A stretch of DNA of 64,000 bases from Mobula hypostoma (GCF_963921235.1 NC_086108.1:53942001-54006000); one strand, 5' to 3'. Counted from the stretch's first letter, positions 49,341 through 62,189 are shown. Made by a program: numbers and translations. The notes: generated by a model not told the origin, from the sequence alone.

Positions 49341-49630
49341 CGGACAGCACAGTAGCATAAAGTTTAGCACAACACTTTACAGTACAGACGACCCAGGTTC
49401 ATTTCAAACTGCTGCCTGTAAGGTGTTTGTACATTCTCCCCATGACCGCGTGGGTGTCCTCCAGGTTCTCTGGTTTTCTGCCACTGTCCAAAGACATACC
49501 AGTTGGTTGGTTAATTGGTCATTGTAAAGTGCCCCATGATTGGGCTCAGATTAAATTGTAGGATTGCTGGGCAGCATGGCTTGAAGGGTCAAAGGGCCTA
49601 TTCCATGCTGTATCAATAAATATATAAATA
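49341..49630 (+). mobile_element. tRNA-derived SINE (V-SINE/HE1-like)
   Basis: Decayed A/B boxes, central domain and AATAAA-rich tail. Confidence 0.7.
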
Positions 49631-50116
49631 AATATGGGGTGTAATGTGTTGGAATGAGATGAGGAAAAATTTCACTACTCAGAGTTGTGAATCTGTGGAA
49701 CTTTCACCACAGAAAGTTGTGGAGGCCAAATTACTGAATATATTTAAGGAGGTAGATTAACTTCCAGACACAAAAAAGGGATTTGGGAAGAATGTGGGAA
49801 TGTGACTGAGATAATGGAGCAACAATAACTGAAGAGGGGAACAGACTAAAGGGGCAAAATTGCTTACCCCCACCTCTATTTTCTATGTCCTGTTAATATT
49901 TCATTCCTAGCTTTCAATTGATTTTTTTGAATTTGCTTTTGATTTTATAATAGGTGAAGTTTTATAATCATTAGTCACCTTTGCTCAGTTATTAATAAAA
50001 TAACTATCCACACTTTTCTCACTCATCAGTTATATTTTGCAATGTGTGTATCATTTTAACATAAGTTAAAGTAAGTAAACTCTGACAAAGGCATTAATAA
50101 TTGTGTCTCATTGCAG

Positions 50117-50202
50117 AATTAAAATGATTGCTTTCGATGAATATCACAAGACGTGGACTGAAATTGCCACATCAAAATCAAATGAGAGCTGCAAAGATTC
50201 AA
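50117..50202 (+). CDS. UBE2U: UBE2U-like coding exon 7 (IKMIAFDEYHKTWTEIATSKSNESCKDS)
   Basis: cattgcag| acceptor, phase 2; 'IK---F-(D/E)Y--TW--IATSK' matches the UBE2U C-terminal extension motif; donor caa|GTACAG is weak. Confidence 0.82.
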
Positions 50203-52206
50203 GTACAGTGATATATTCATTATGATCCACCCTTCCACCCACTTATTTTGTTAACCATGTTATTGGTGCTGAGTAGTTAAATGAGTTAGTATCTTTCCTT
50301 TATACTTCTTGGGTGGGCATTTGAAATCAGACTTTGCTGCAATAAATATCAAATCTGTAATGAGTTTTTAGAGACATTCAAATCAAATCTCTAGATAATT
50401 TGAATACACATTGTAAATTTAAGCCTGAATAAGTTCTGAAAACAGAGCCAGAATTATCTTGAAAAGTGAAGGGTGATTGCAATACCATTCTGGTGTGAGG
50501 AATGCTCCTGGTCCACCTGGCTTAACAGGAAGGATCTTGTTTAAAGTTATTGAAAAGTATTGCCAATACATTTCCCATTGGTAGATTATAAATTTTCAGA
50601 AGTGATGCTTTAACAGATGTTACATAACTACTGTATATGTTCATGGTGACTAATATTAGTGCATGGCTTAGACACCGTGCCAAGAAATCTAAAAATAAGT
50701 TGCATTAAACACTGGGACCAATACCTCAGCAGACTTACTGAAAAATTGAAATGCAGTGCATAAATTTATTGGATATAAAATAGAATCAGTGTATTGTCGT
50801 TTTAACTGTTTGTTTTTACTTATAATTTCTGCTTCAGAGCTCTTTATTTTCTGTTAGACTTCTGTTGTATTGCAATTCTATCTGACTTAAAAATCTGTTT
50901 TTTCGCTTTTTTTTTGGTTTGCCTTCTACATTGTCTTCTGAACTATTGCTGTTTCATTAATATGCTCAGATTCTATTCTTACCTCTTTGAAAGACCAGAG
51001 AACATGGTAAGGTGAAAACTAATATGAACAAGGTGAGATACAAGAATTGGCTTCAAATGGCTGGAAATCTATATAAGTAGCACCATTAAAGGAATGGGTA
51101 TCTGGCAATAGTTTAGGCCAGTTAGAGTCATTGTTAGAGAGTTACAATGCAGGAGTACTTAAAGCAAAAGAGCTAGGCTGTTAGTGTTGGGAATAAATTT
51201 TTGCCTGGAAGCTATTTGGATCAGTCATTCACATATTGGGGGATGGGGAGCTGTGAGGGCAAATATACCTGAACCTAGTTTAGACTAAATCATACCTCCC
51301 TTGCTGATTTTTAACTGCTTTTACAAACAAAATCTTTTTGACAGGCCATACATGCCACCTGGCTGTACTTAAGGATCTTGTATATTGGCATAAATGCTCT
51401 GAGAACTTATAGCAAAATAGATGGTTGGAAAGGACATGGAATTGCTGCAGTATGTTGGCCATAGTTCCCCTAATTGACGTTACTTACAAATACTGATTAT
51501 CTCACTAATTGTGTTCTGGGGAACTCAATATATCCCTAAAGTCATACTTCTGCCAATCATACTGTATGTATTGTATTGTGAAGCATCCTGGTAGATTTAG
51601 CAACAATTAAATAAATTTGTTGGTCAATGTGAAATTTACACGATGTATCTATCAAAGAAATAAAACGCAGCATATTATACCTGCGATTTATTTTAATTTA
51701 ATCTGGATGTATTGAGAACAGAGTTATGCTCAACAGGCAGGAGTGTTCACCAATATCTTTTAACCTCTTGCTTTGGCAGCCTGAGGTAGCCACCTGCTTC
51801 AAGCAGGCTTCAATTATACCAGTGCCATAAGAAGAACATGGGAACCTGCCTCAATGATTATTGTCCAGTAGCACTTACATCCACTGTGCTGAAGTGCTTT
51901 GAGAGGTTGGTGATGAAACATATCAACTCCCGCCTGAGAAGCAACTTGGAACCACTCCAATTTGCCTACTGGCACAACGGGTCCACAGCAGATGGAATTT
52001 CATTAGCTCTTCACTCAACCCTAGAACATCTGGATAGCAAAGATACATACATCAAGGTGCTCTTTATCAACTACATCTCAGCATTCGACACTATCATCCC
52101 CTCAAAACTAATCATTAAGCTTCAATATCTTGGCCTCAATACCTCTTGTGCAACTGGATCCTCAATTTCCTCACTTGTGGATCCTAGTCAGTTCAGATTG
52201 GCAACA

Positions 52207-53575
52207 GCATTCCAGAGTCAGGTGCAGAGCACTTCGAAGAAGTTACTTGCAGGTCAGCGAAGCTTGTACAAAAGGCGAGCTTCACGGATGTTCGGACGTT
52301 CCAGAGGTCCGTTCAGCGCCAGGAGCAGAGTACTTCAAAGAGATTACACGCAGGTCATTGAAGCTTTTTATAAAAGGAGAGTCTGGCGGGCACTTGGATA
52401 TTCCAGAGGTCCAATCAGCATCAGGAGCAGAGAACTGCGTATTAAATAAAAGTATAGAAGGGGCAAGTGGGGCAGCCATTGTTCGGAGTAGGCCAGCGGT
52501 GAGAGTAGGAGCGTCAGGCTTTGACTCAAGAAGCTTCGAAAGAAACAGGTTAGAAGATTTGGTCTTAGTTGCCCATTGTACAGTGCAAGCAGGATGGCAT
52601 ATATGACAGTGGAATGCTCTTCCTGTAGGATGTAGGAATTCATGGAGCCTGATAGTCTCCCTGATGACTACACCTGTGGGAAGTGCAGCCAATTCCAGCT
52701 CATGAAAAACTGCATTAAGGAGCTGGAGCTGGATGAACTTAGGATCATCCAGGAGGCAGAGCGACTTTTAGATATGACTTTTGAGCAGGTGGTTAAGCCC
52801 AGAGTGCAGAATTCTGGGAGTAGATGGGTGAACACTGAGAGAGGTAAGGGGAGAAGGGTCCCCCTGTGGCCATTCTCCTAAGCAACTGGTATAACCCTTT
52901 GGATACTACTGAAGGGGATGGCCTATCTGGGCAAGGCAGTAGCAGCCAGACCAGTAGCACTGTGGTCGGCTCTGAGATATACCTCAGGCTACTGTGGGAA
53001 GCAAGGGAGGAGATTGCTGAGCCTCTGGCGATGATCTTTGCATCATTAATAGGGATGGGAGAAGTACCATAGGATTGGAAGGTTGCAAACATTGTTCCCT
53101 TGTTCAAGAAGGGGAGTAGAGATAACCCAGAAAATTTTAAACCAGTGAATCTTACTTCAGTGGTGGCAAGTTGTTGGAGAAGATCCTGAGAGGCAGGATT
53201 TATGAGCATTTGGAGAGTCAGCATGGCTTTTCAAGGGCAGGTCATCCCTTACGAGCCTGAATGAATTCTTTGAGGATGTAACAAAACACATTCATTAAGG
53301 TAGAGCAATAGATGTAGTGTATATGGATTTCATTAAGGTATTTGATTAGGACCCCCATGCAAGGCTCATTCAGAAGTAATGAGGCATGGGGGAAGGAGAC
53401 CTTGCCTTGAAGATCCAGAATTGGTTTGCCCACAGAAGGCAAAGGGTACGTGGAGCTTAGAAAAATAGAGGGCTATGCAGTAGGGAAATTCTAGGCAGTT
53501 TCTAGAATAGGTTACATGGTCGGCGCAACATTGTGGGCTGAAGGGCCTGTAATGTGCTGTAGATTTCTATGTTCT
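52207..53575 (+). mobile_element. Multiply deleted CR1 (5' UTR repeats, ORF1 Cys-rich N-terminus, RT piece, tail)
   Basis: ECSSC..DYTCGKC..ELDELRII; YLRLLWEAREEIAEPL; tail tttctatgttcta. Confidence 0.8.
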
Positions 53576-54454
53576 AACATCTCCACCACAATCTCCATCA
53601 GCATAAGTGCACCACAAGGCTGTGTGCTTATCCCCGTGTTCCACTTGCTTTATACTTATGACACTGAGGCAAAGCAGAGCTGCAAAGCCATATTAAGTGT
53701 TGTAACACCATTGTCGTAGGCCAAATTAAAGATAGTGATGAATCAGCACATGCGAGGGAGATTGAAAATCTGGCTGAGTGATGCCAGAACAACAACTTTT
53801 CACTCAATGTCAACAAGACCGAGGAACTGATTATTAACTTCGGATGCGGAAACCGGAGGTCCATGAGCCAGTCGTCACTGAAGGATTAGAGCTGGAGAGG
53901 GTCAGCAACTTTAAAATCCTTGAGTGTTATCATTTCAGAGGATCTGTCCTGGGCCCAGTATGTAAGGGCAATTATGAAGAAAGCATGACACCATCTCTGC
54001 TTCCTTAGAAGTTTACAAAGATTTATCATGACATTAAAATTTTGACAAACACCTTGACTGAAAATCCTACAAAAAGTAGTGGATATGGCTCATAGGTAAA
54101 GCCCTTCCTACCATTGAGCTCATCTACATGGAGCGCTGTCACAAGAAAACAGCATCCATCATCAAGGACTCCCTCCACTCAGACCATGCTCTCTTCTCAC
54201 TGCTGAGGAAGAAACCACAGGAGCCTCAAGATCCATACCACTAGATTCAGGAACAGTTATTACCCCTTATCCATCTGGCTCTTGAACCAGAGGGAATAAT
54301 TTCACTCAACTTTTCACTCGCCCCATCAGTGAACTGTTTCCACAACCTACAGACTCAGTTTGAAGGACTCTTCATCTTATGTTCTTGATATTTATTATCA
54401 TTTTTTTTTTCTTTCTTTCATATTTGCACTTTGGTAGTCTATCTATCTTGTGTT

Positions 54455-54681
54455 GGGCACGTGGCCAAGTGGTTAAGGCGTTCGTCTAGTGATCTGAAGG
54501 TCGCCAGTTCGAGCTGGCAGCATGTTTGTGTCCTTGAGCAAGGCACTTAACCACACATTGCTCTAGTGTCTGTGAGGAGTGGCGCCCCACACAGACTTTC
54601 AATCTGCGCCTTGTAAGGTATGAAAATGCCCAACGCAGGCCTCTCGTGGTCTGAGTCGACATTCTCTCCCTCCCTCCCTCC
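54455..54681 (+). mobile_element. tRNA-derived CORE-like SINE with (TCCC)n tail
   Basis: A box TGGCCAAGTGG, B-box-like AGTTCGAGC, gtgtccttgagcaaggcacttaacc (MIR/CORE-like); flanking duplication ctatcttgt. Confidence 0.75.
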
Positions 54682-54822
54682 CTATCTTGTTGGGTGCAGT
54701 CTTTCATTGATTCTATTGTGTTTCTTGGATTTGCTGTGTATGCCCACAAGGAAACGAATCTCAGGGTTGTACATGGTGACATATATGTACTTTGATAATA
54801 AATTTACTTTGAACTTTGACAG

Positions 54823-54904
54823 CGCCCAGGCCCTGCCTTAATCTTCAAGCAATATATTGCGGAGAAGAGGAATTACAAAAGGAAATTGAAGCACAGAATA
54901 AAGA
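54823..54904 (+). CDS. UBE2U: UBE2U-like coding exon 8 (TPRPCLNLQAIYCGEEELQKEIEAQNKE)
   Basis: tttgacag| ... ga|GTGAGT, 82 nt, phase 1 to 2, open and in frame with exons 7 and 9. Confidence 0.65.
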
Positions 54905-55369
54905 GTGAGTATTCATCTGACTTCAATGACTTTGCACTTAAATGTACAGGTACACTTTTATAGGAGGCTACATAGGTTATTTGTATTATATAATTTAAGG
55001 TGGGAATATGTGATTTAATGTTTCCATTTGCAGAACTCTGGTCTGAAGACCGTCTCCCAATTAGTATCTTGAATATGTGACGGTGAAAGCAGGAAAGATC
55101 AAAAGTACTTAGAGCCTGTGCAATGATGGTCTATTTATCTTATAAGTGGCCTAAGTAAGATGCAAATTAGAAGTCTTCTCATGATGCAGTTGGAATGCCT
55201 GAGCTGCAGTCCTGTTGCTCAGTGGAACGGAAGCCTCAAAGTGGACCCTAATGAAAAAGAAAAACATGTTGTTGTGTCATATCTCTTTGATTTAGCACTG
55301 CCTTTCCTCTTAGTGCTTTGAAGTAAGCTGCTCCATTAGGCAGGCTGTAGCTCTACACTACTTGTAGAA

Positions 55370-55600
55370 GGTCATTATTAAATGTTATTTATTTTCCTTC
55401 TAAGGGGATATCGGAATGTTTGATATCTTTAGATGCTGAGAAGGCTTTCGATCGGATTGAATGGAATTATTTATTTAAAACCTCAGAAAAATTTAATTTT
55501 GGGCCTGATTTTATTCAATGGATTAAATTACTTTATTACTTTATGAATGGCGGTGCTGGCTCAAAGGGCCGAATGGCCTACTCCTGCACCTATTGTCTAT
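55370..55600 (+). mobile_element. L1/Tx1 RT fragment followed by a CR1-type tail
   Basis: ISLDAEKAFDRIEWNYLF..FNFGPDFIQWIKLLY; then gggccgaatggcctactcctgcacctattg. Confidence 0.7.
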
Positions 55601-55850
55601 TGTCCAATATTGGTGATGCTAACGAAAATTCTTATCCTACCCATTGGTACTCTCAGCTGACTATGCATGACATTAAAGCAAGAAAAAAACTTTTTCCCCT
55701 CGTTATATGATGTCATTTTATCTGTCTTCAGGTGGAACTAATGGACTCTGATGTTTCTTTACCCTGCACTCAGATCACATGATCTGCCTTTGAGTTTTGT
55801 CTGCATATATAGTAAGCACTGTATCGCAAACTCAACAATGAAAGTACTTG

Positions 55851-55998
55851 CAACACTGGACTGCTACTGAAGGGTCTCAGCTTGAAACGTCGACTCTATT
55901 CTTTTCCATAGATGCTGCCTGGCCTGCTGAGTTCCTCCAGCATTTTGTGTGTGTTGCTTGGAATAATAGCATCTGCAGATTTTCTCTTATTTGTAATC
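55851..55998 (+). mobile_element. Mini PLE pLTR insertion (hammerhead 5' box damaged)
   Basis: gaagggtctcagcttGAAACGTCgact...; 9-bp TSD aagtacttg at 55842-50 and 55999-56007. Confidence 0.8.
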
Positions 55999-56199
55999 AA
56001 GTACTTGAATATTTTCTTCAAATTACTTTCAGCTACAACTTTCATACCTCATTTAGTTCAAGAATAATAGAAATAGGAAAGCAATGACAACAGTGTCTCA
56101 GCATGGAATCAGACTCTTTGGCCCATGAAATCCACATTGATCATGAAACAGTCATTTACACTATTTATATTTTATGCTTCCCACATCGCATCAGTTCTG

Positions 56200-56410
56200 G
56201 GCCCATGACACACGAGGGGCAATTTACAGTTGCTAGTTAACCAACCCAATGACCTATTTTTGGATGCTGGAGAAAACTGGAACGAACACCCGGAGGAAAT
56301 CGGTATGATCATGGGGAGACCATGCAAATTTTACACAGACAACAGTGGAGGTCAGGATCTAGCTTGGATCACTAGAGCTGTGAGGCAGCACTCTCTTAGC
56401 TGTGCCACTA
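56200..56410 (-). mobile_element. tRNA-derived SINE fragment
   Basis: Same central domain as the other V-SINE/HE1-like copies. Confidence 0.6.
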
Positions 56411-56429
56411 CATTTAAATGCCCGAATGT

Positions 56430-59400
56430 AATGCATTGGTTGGATAACACTTGGAGTATTGTGAGCAGTTCTGGGCCCCTTATCTAAGAAGGAATGTGCT
56501 GGCATTGGAGGTGGTCCAGAGGAGGTTCACATGAATGATCCCAGGAATGAAAGCGTTACTGTATGGAGAGCGCTTGATGGCTCTAGACCCGTACTCACTG
56601 GAGTTTAGAAGAATGATGCAGAATCTCATGAAACCTATAGAATATAGAACAGATAAGACTGGAAGTGGAGAGGATTTTTTCTAAAGTGGAGAAGTCTAGG
56701 ATCAGAGGGCACGGCCTCAGAATAGGAGGATATTCCTTTAGCAGAGTAGAGCTACTTGGACTTGATGTTTCAATCCCTATGGTAAGTCAGTACTCTTGAG
56801 GTTGGCAGTGGGCTTGGAGTGGTGACAAGGAGGGAGGGTAGGTACCTCATCGGGGTCATCAGGTGGGCACCCTCCTTTGACGTTTCGTTGATAAGCCCAC
56901 GACATCTCCAGAGGGCTCAACAGTGCTACCTGGTGTCCCAGATACACCCCCCTCAGTTCCATACTCTCCTGTCTTCATCTTGCGGCCCAGTTGTTGTCTT
57001 TCCTTTTAATCCAAATCCAATTGCTGCTTTCTTCTGCTGCATTTAACAAGGACTTGATTGCTTGTTGGAGGGAGTGACCCCTCACCTCCATCTTCCTCAA
57101 TAGACTGGTCGTAGATGTAGCTATGATTCCCCTGCATCCCACTACTACAGGGAAAGTCTTGGTCTTCCAGCCAATCTGGGCAGCTTCAATTGCCAGTTCA
57201 GAATACTTGGTCTTTTTCCTCTCATAAGCTTCTTCGACACCATCTTCCCATATGCCAGCTTGGTTGTTGTGGACCACAGGACCACATCTGACCGGTGTGT
57301 TGTAGCCGCAATGTCTGGGAGAAACACAAGCTTTTTTTCCAAGTCCACGTCCATTTTCCAATCCCAAGCAACCTGCAGAGTGCTTACAACTTTTGATGTT
57401 ATATGGCGCTTTAGAGGTTGCCCTGCTGGTACAAATCGTGTATGTGGACATTTCCTGCCGATGTTTGTGGGAGAGCATTTGTGGTGATTCACCTCTGTTC
57501 CAAAATTGATGCCAGCTGTCTGAGAACTTGCTTATGCCGCCAAGTGTACAGCCCCTGGGTGAGGCTTGTGGTGCATTCTGTTAAAATGTGCCTTAGTGAT
57601 CCAGGTGCTTGACAAAGAAAGCAAGCGGGGTCTTCTCCCCACCACTGGTTCAGGTTCTGGGGTGTTGGTAGGAGGTCATAAGTGGCTCTGATGACAAAAC
57701 TTAGCTGAGATCCCTCCACCTCCCAGATGTCACGCCAGCTAAGTTTCCTCCTTTCCAGGCTCTCCCAATTAGTCCATTGGTCCTGCTTGGCCATTGAGAC
57801 GGCCCTGGCGTTTCGCTCGGCCTCCTCCTGTCTTCTCAACTCCTCCACCACAACCCGTCTCTTCTGCACTGATGTTGCCTTGTGCCACTGAGGAGCTTTT
57901 GGGACAAGCCCAAGCCCGGCTCTCCCATGTTGGACTTGGCCAACCACATCCCTGAAGCAAAGAGCAGACTTAGCACTCTGAACGGCATCAGATGGGGTTC
58001 ACTTCCTCCCCGTTGCCACACGGGGGGCCGTTGTTCGAATAACAGTATCTTCAGATTCAGTGAGGGTCATGACCAACCTTGCTTTGGTGCATTTGAATTC
58101 TTCCTCAAGACTTGCAATTGGTAATTCCAATTTGCCGTTCCCATACAGTCCAACAGGACTTAAGCATCGCGGAAGTCCAAGCCACTGTTTTACATGTGTG
58201 CTGATCATTCTTTCGAGCTTTTCAACCTTGCTGATGGGGATTTCATACACTGTTAAAGGCCACATGAGTCTTGGAGTATGCCGAACTGGAAGCACCACAG
58301 CTTGAGTTTTCCTGGCAGTAAGGTCTTGTTGATGCGAGCTGTGTACATGATGGTATCCTTTAGTTGTTTAAACTGCTCAGTGTCCTTGAGCTTAGCATCA
58401 TACCATCGGCCCAAGCTCTTCACTGGCATTTCTGAAGCAATTGGGACAGGTGTCCCGTCAATCTGAAATCTTTTATCGGTGACTTGACCTTTGACAATGG
58501 AGATGGTTCTGCACTTGCTGGACTTGACCTTCATCCTCACCCATGTGGTGTTTTGATGAAGCTTTTCCAGAAGTCTCTTGGTGCAGGGGACAGTTATCGT
58601 CAGTATTGTTATATCGTCCATATAGGCTCATATGGGTGGTAACCGTTGACCAAACTGTAGCCTTTTTCCTCCCACAACCCATTTTGAGGCTCTGATAATG
58701 AGCTCCATTGCCATAGTGAAGGCCAATGGGGAGATGGTGCACCCTGCCATGATGCCTACTTCCAGTGGTTGCCACGTTGTGGTGAAGTCTGATGTTGTGA
58801 GACAAACTTGCAGATCCTGGAAGTAGTGTTTTACCAGATTTGTTGTTGTTGCAGGCACCTGAAAGAATTCAAAAGCAGTCCACAGTAGGAAATGAGGAAC
58901 TGATCCATAGGCGTTGGCCAGGTCGATGCAGATCCTTTCTTTCTTTCTTAGCCATCTGGATTTGATGCCATATGATGAGGGTATGTTCAAGGCATCCCAA
59001 GAAGCCTGCTATGCCAGCCTTTTGGATTGACATATCAATGAAATGGTTTTGTTTCAGATACTTTGTAAGTCTTTGCACCAACATGCTGAAAAAGATCTTG
59101 CCCTCTATGTTCAGAAGGTTTATTTGGCAAAATTGATCAATGGTGGACGAATTCTTTTCTTTTGGGATCAGAACTCCCCCCGCTCTTCTCCAGGCTTTGG
59201 GGATAACTTGCTTTTTCCCACGCGACCCTCACATTTTTCCAAAGGAATTTCAGAACATCCGGGGTGTTCTTGTAGACACAATAAGGAACACCGTTAGGGC
59301 CTGGCACTGTTGCCGATCTTGCCTTCTCCACTGCCTCTTTCACCTTGCTCAGCTTGGGAGGGCTGATGTTAAATTGATGCTGTGGGAGTGAGATTGGTGG

Positions 59401-60070
59401 GATGTCAGCTGGGACAAGTATCGGTTCATCTTTTTGCTTATCAGTGTGGATGATTCTGAGATGTCTTTCAACCTCCTATTTTGATACTTCCAAGTATCCA
59501 CTTTTCTTTTTTGTGAAAATGCCTTTCACATATTTAAAGGGATCTTTGTAGAAGTCTGTTCTTGCTTTTTCCTTCTTTCTGCGTCGTTTCCTTAAATTCT
59601 CTGCTCTGCACAGCTTTGAGAGCCTCTGCTTTAGGTCCTCTTGAAGGAGGTTGATGCCCTCCCTTTCTTCGGCTGCTGCTTTTTTCCACAACTTGCTCAG
59701 GCCTCTTCTTTCTTTAACAAGTCATTGGATTTCCTGGAGATGACAGGACTTGGGGGGAGGAGGCATATCTTTCCTGCTGATTTGTTCCTTCACTCCAGAT
59801 TTCTCCTATCCGCAGCTGTAGATCAGGGAACATAGATGAGGGTTTTCTTCAGCCAGAGAATGATAAATTGCCGCAGACAGCTGTAGAGGCCAAATCATTT
59901 GGTATATTTAAGGTAGGTATTGCTAGGTTCTTGATTAGTAAGGGTGTCAAAGGATACAGGTAGAAGATAGGAGAATGGGGTTCAGAGGGACAATAAGTCA
60001 GCCATGCCAGAACGGCAGAGCAGACTTGATGGGCCATTTGGTCTAATTCTGCTGACATGTCTTACGGTCT
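56430..60070 (+). mobile_element. CR1 3' fragment split by an RLE element (56430-56741 and 59828-60070)
   Basis: HLEYCEQFWAP..RRFT before the break; resumes gaacatagatgagg..ttcttcagccagag. Confidence 0.7.
56742..59827 (-). mobile_element. 5'-truncated R2-superfamily (Hero-like) non-LTR retrotransposon, RT + CCHC + restriction-like endonuclease, frameshifted
   Basis: PGPNGVPY, GFLGCLEH..WHQIQ, DLANAYGSVPH, GIMAGCTISPLAF, MDDITIL; CFLC..HILTEC..YTWRHKQVL; RSDVVLWS, AYERKKTKY, VVVGCRG. Confidence 0.88.
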
Positions 60071-61139
60071 TTTTTTTCTGAAATTATTTATCCCTAATCT
60101 CATTGTAAACAATGACAGTGTAAAGTAAAAAAATGCATATTGTTCAATACAACTGAGCTCCTGCTTGTTTTGTAGTTTCTTCTGCAAGTATGGCAATATC
60201 TAGTACAATCTCTGAAATTTGAATTTCCTCATTTTTTTCTAAATCAAAACAAAAACCTTCATCTTTTGATGGTAACAATCTCAGATTTTACATTCTGTAC
60301 GCTCATCTTTTTCTGTACACATTTTTATGCACTCATCTTTTTCTGAACAAATTGATTTCCCAAATCACAATTGCAATAAGTAAAATTTCTTTCTTCGTGC
60401 CCAATATTTTCTTCCCTCATTCACTTTTCTGGTCAAGGTACAAGAAAAGCCATTTTTATCTGACATTTGGTAGTAGTCTGTTCTTTCTAGCCTCTAATTT
60501 CTTTCATAATATATTATGTGCTTCTTTTCTGGATACTTTTGATTATGACCAGTTTCCCAAGAATTAAATACACAAAATTGTGTTTTCTTCCTTCTACCCA
60601 GAAAGTCACGATTTGGAAATTAAAATATCTCAGTTTCATACTTTAGTACATTCATTTCCAGCTTTTACTTCTTCAGTCTTTCTGCCTTGTATTCTTCACA
60701 CACTTAAAACACAAGCTTAGTGTTGTATAATTAGTTCTTTTTCTCAATTCCATTGCTTCATTTAGACAGAGTCATCAGATAGGAAAAGAGGCATGCATTA
60801 TAGAGCCTATATTTCCCAGGTGCTATTTTATAAAGTTCATAAAAACTGTCATTATACAATGGAAATTTCTGTTGAAAATCTCCATACAGCCATAGCTTTC
60901 ACTGTGAAGACTACTCTGACAGGAGACCCTGAAATAATATCTCACTAAACATTTTAGGATTATCGAGGCTTGCTGCATATTTTTGAGACTAATGGAATCT
61001 CTGAGAATACCAGGAACAGAATGGAAGATCAAAAAAAAGGGTAGATTTAGGTTGGAATTAGGAAATGATAAACTGCATTGGAAGAAAAAGCAACAAAGGT
61101 AGAAGATAATATTAACCATGAAGGACAAAAGGACTAAAC

Positions 61140-61720
61140 TCGAGATCCTGCGGATGCTGGAAATCCAGAGCAAGAAGCACAGATGCTGGCAGAACTCAGC
61201 AGATCAGGTAACATCAATGGAAGTGAATAAACAGTTAACATTTTGGGCCAAGACCCTTCATCAGGACTGGAAATGAAGGGGGAAGAAGCAAGGATAGGGC
61301 AAGGGGGAGGAGAACATGCTAGAAGGTAATAGGCAAAGCCAGGTGGGAGGGGTGGATGAAGTAAAAGGCTGGGAGGTGATAAATGGAAAAGTCAAAGGGT
61401 TGGAGAAGAAGGAATCTGATAGGAAAGGAGATTGGCTCATGGGAGAAAGGGAAGGAGGAGGGTACCAGTGGGAGGTGATAGGCAGATGAGGAGAAGAGTT
61501 AAGAGGCCAGAATAGTGTAATGAAGAAGAGGGAAGGGGAGGGGAAAAATTATGGGAAGCTGGAGGACTCAGTGTGCATGCCGTCAATTTGGAGGCTACCT
61601 GGAAAGAATATGAGGTGTTGCTCTTCCAATTTGAGTAGCTTCACCATGGGGCACGTGGACTGACATGACTGAACAGGAATGGGGATAGGAGTTGAAATGG
61701 TTGGCCACCAGGAAATTCCG
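61140..61720 (-). mobile_element. Older Penelope-like 3' fragment (pLTR + GIY-YIG end)
   Basis: Decayed hammerhead at ~61235-61268; VANHFNS and LGSLQ-like remnants on the minus strand. Confidence 0.75.
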
Positions 61721-62189
61721 CTGATGCCTAATCAAGAAAAATTGTTGCAATGAATCACACTCCTACTGTCCATCCTTTTTTTTCGACTTTGCTGCAAAAT
61801 ACTTACTTCGCCAACAGTACAAAATGTGTGAGCAGTATTTCTTCAATATAACCTTCACATTAAAGGTACAGGTTATAGGAGCTTCTGCTAATTTCCATTT
61901 ACCAATGACCAGAAACATGAATAGTTACAGAAGGTACAGGAGCAGGTTAGAGGCTAGTAATTTTGTGGCAAGTGCCTCACCTCCTTCCTCTTTAAAGTCA
62001 TTTCAAGACCAGATCAGGAGTACACTGGAATATACTCCATTTGCAAGTTTATATGTACTACGTCGACTCAGTCCTTCCTATGCAAGGCATAGAAGGCATT
62101 ATATGTAGCTCCAAAAAAAAAAATCAATGAATGCTCTGAAACCTGTCACATGACCTACTGCTAGTTGATCAAATGTGATCAAGGCTCTA

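Larger units (their letters stand above)
48240..49890 (+). mobile_element. Degenerate CR1 3' fragment with nested insertions
   Basis: CR1 motifs flank the insertions at 48555-49214 and 49341-49630. Confidence 0.65.
51728..54820 (+). mobile_element. Rex1/Babar-type LINE (RT + 3' end) with nested CR1 and SINE
   Basis: [22 protein letters not shown]...LEPLQFAY (51838-); APQGCVL; tail aataaatttactttgaactttga ending ~54819. Confidence 0.85.

Noticed and set aside
51838..52449. 203-aa ORF
   Set aside because: Accidental read-through from a Rex1 RT fragment into an inserted CR1 5' UTR.
54455..54530. Possible tRNA gene
   Set aside because: No complete cloverleaf; continues into a SINE body and tail.
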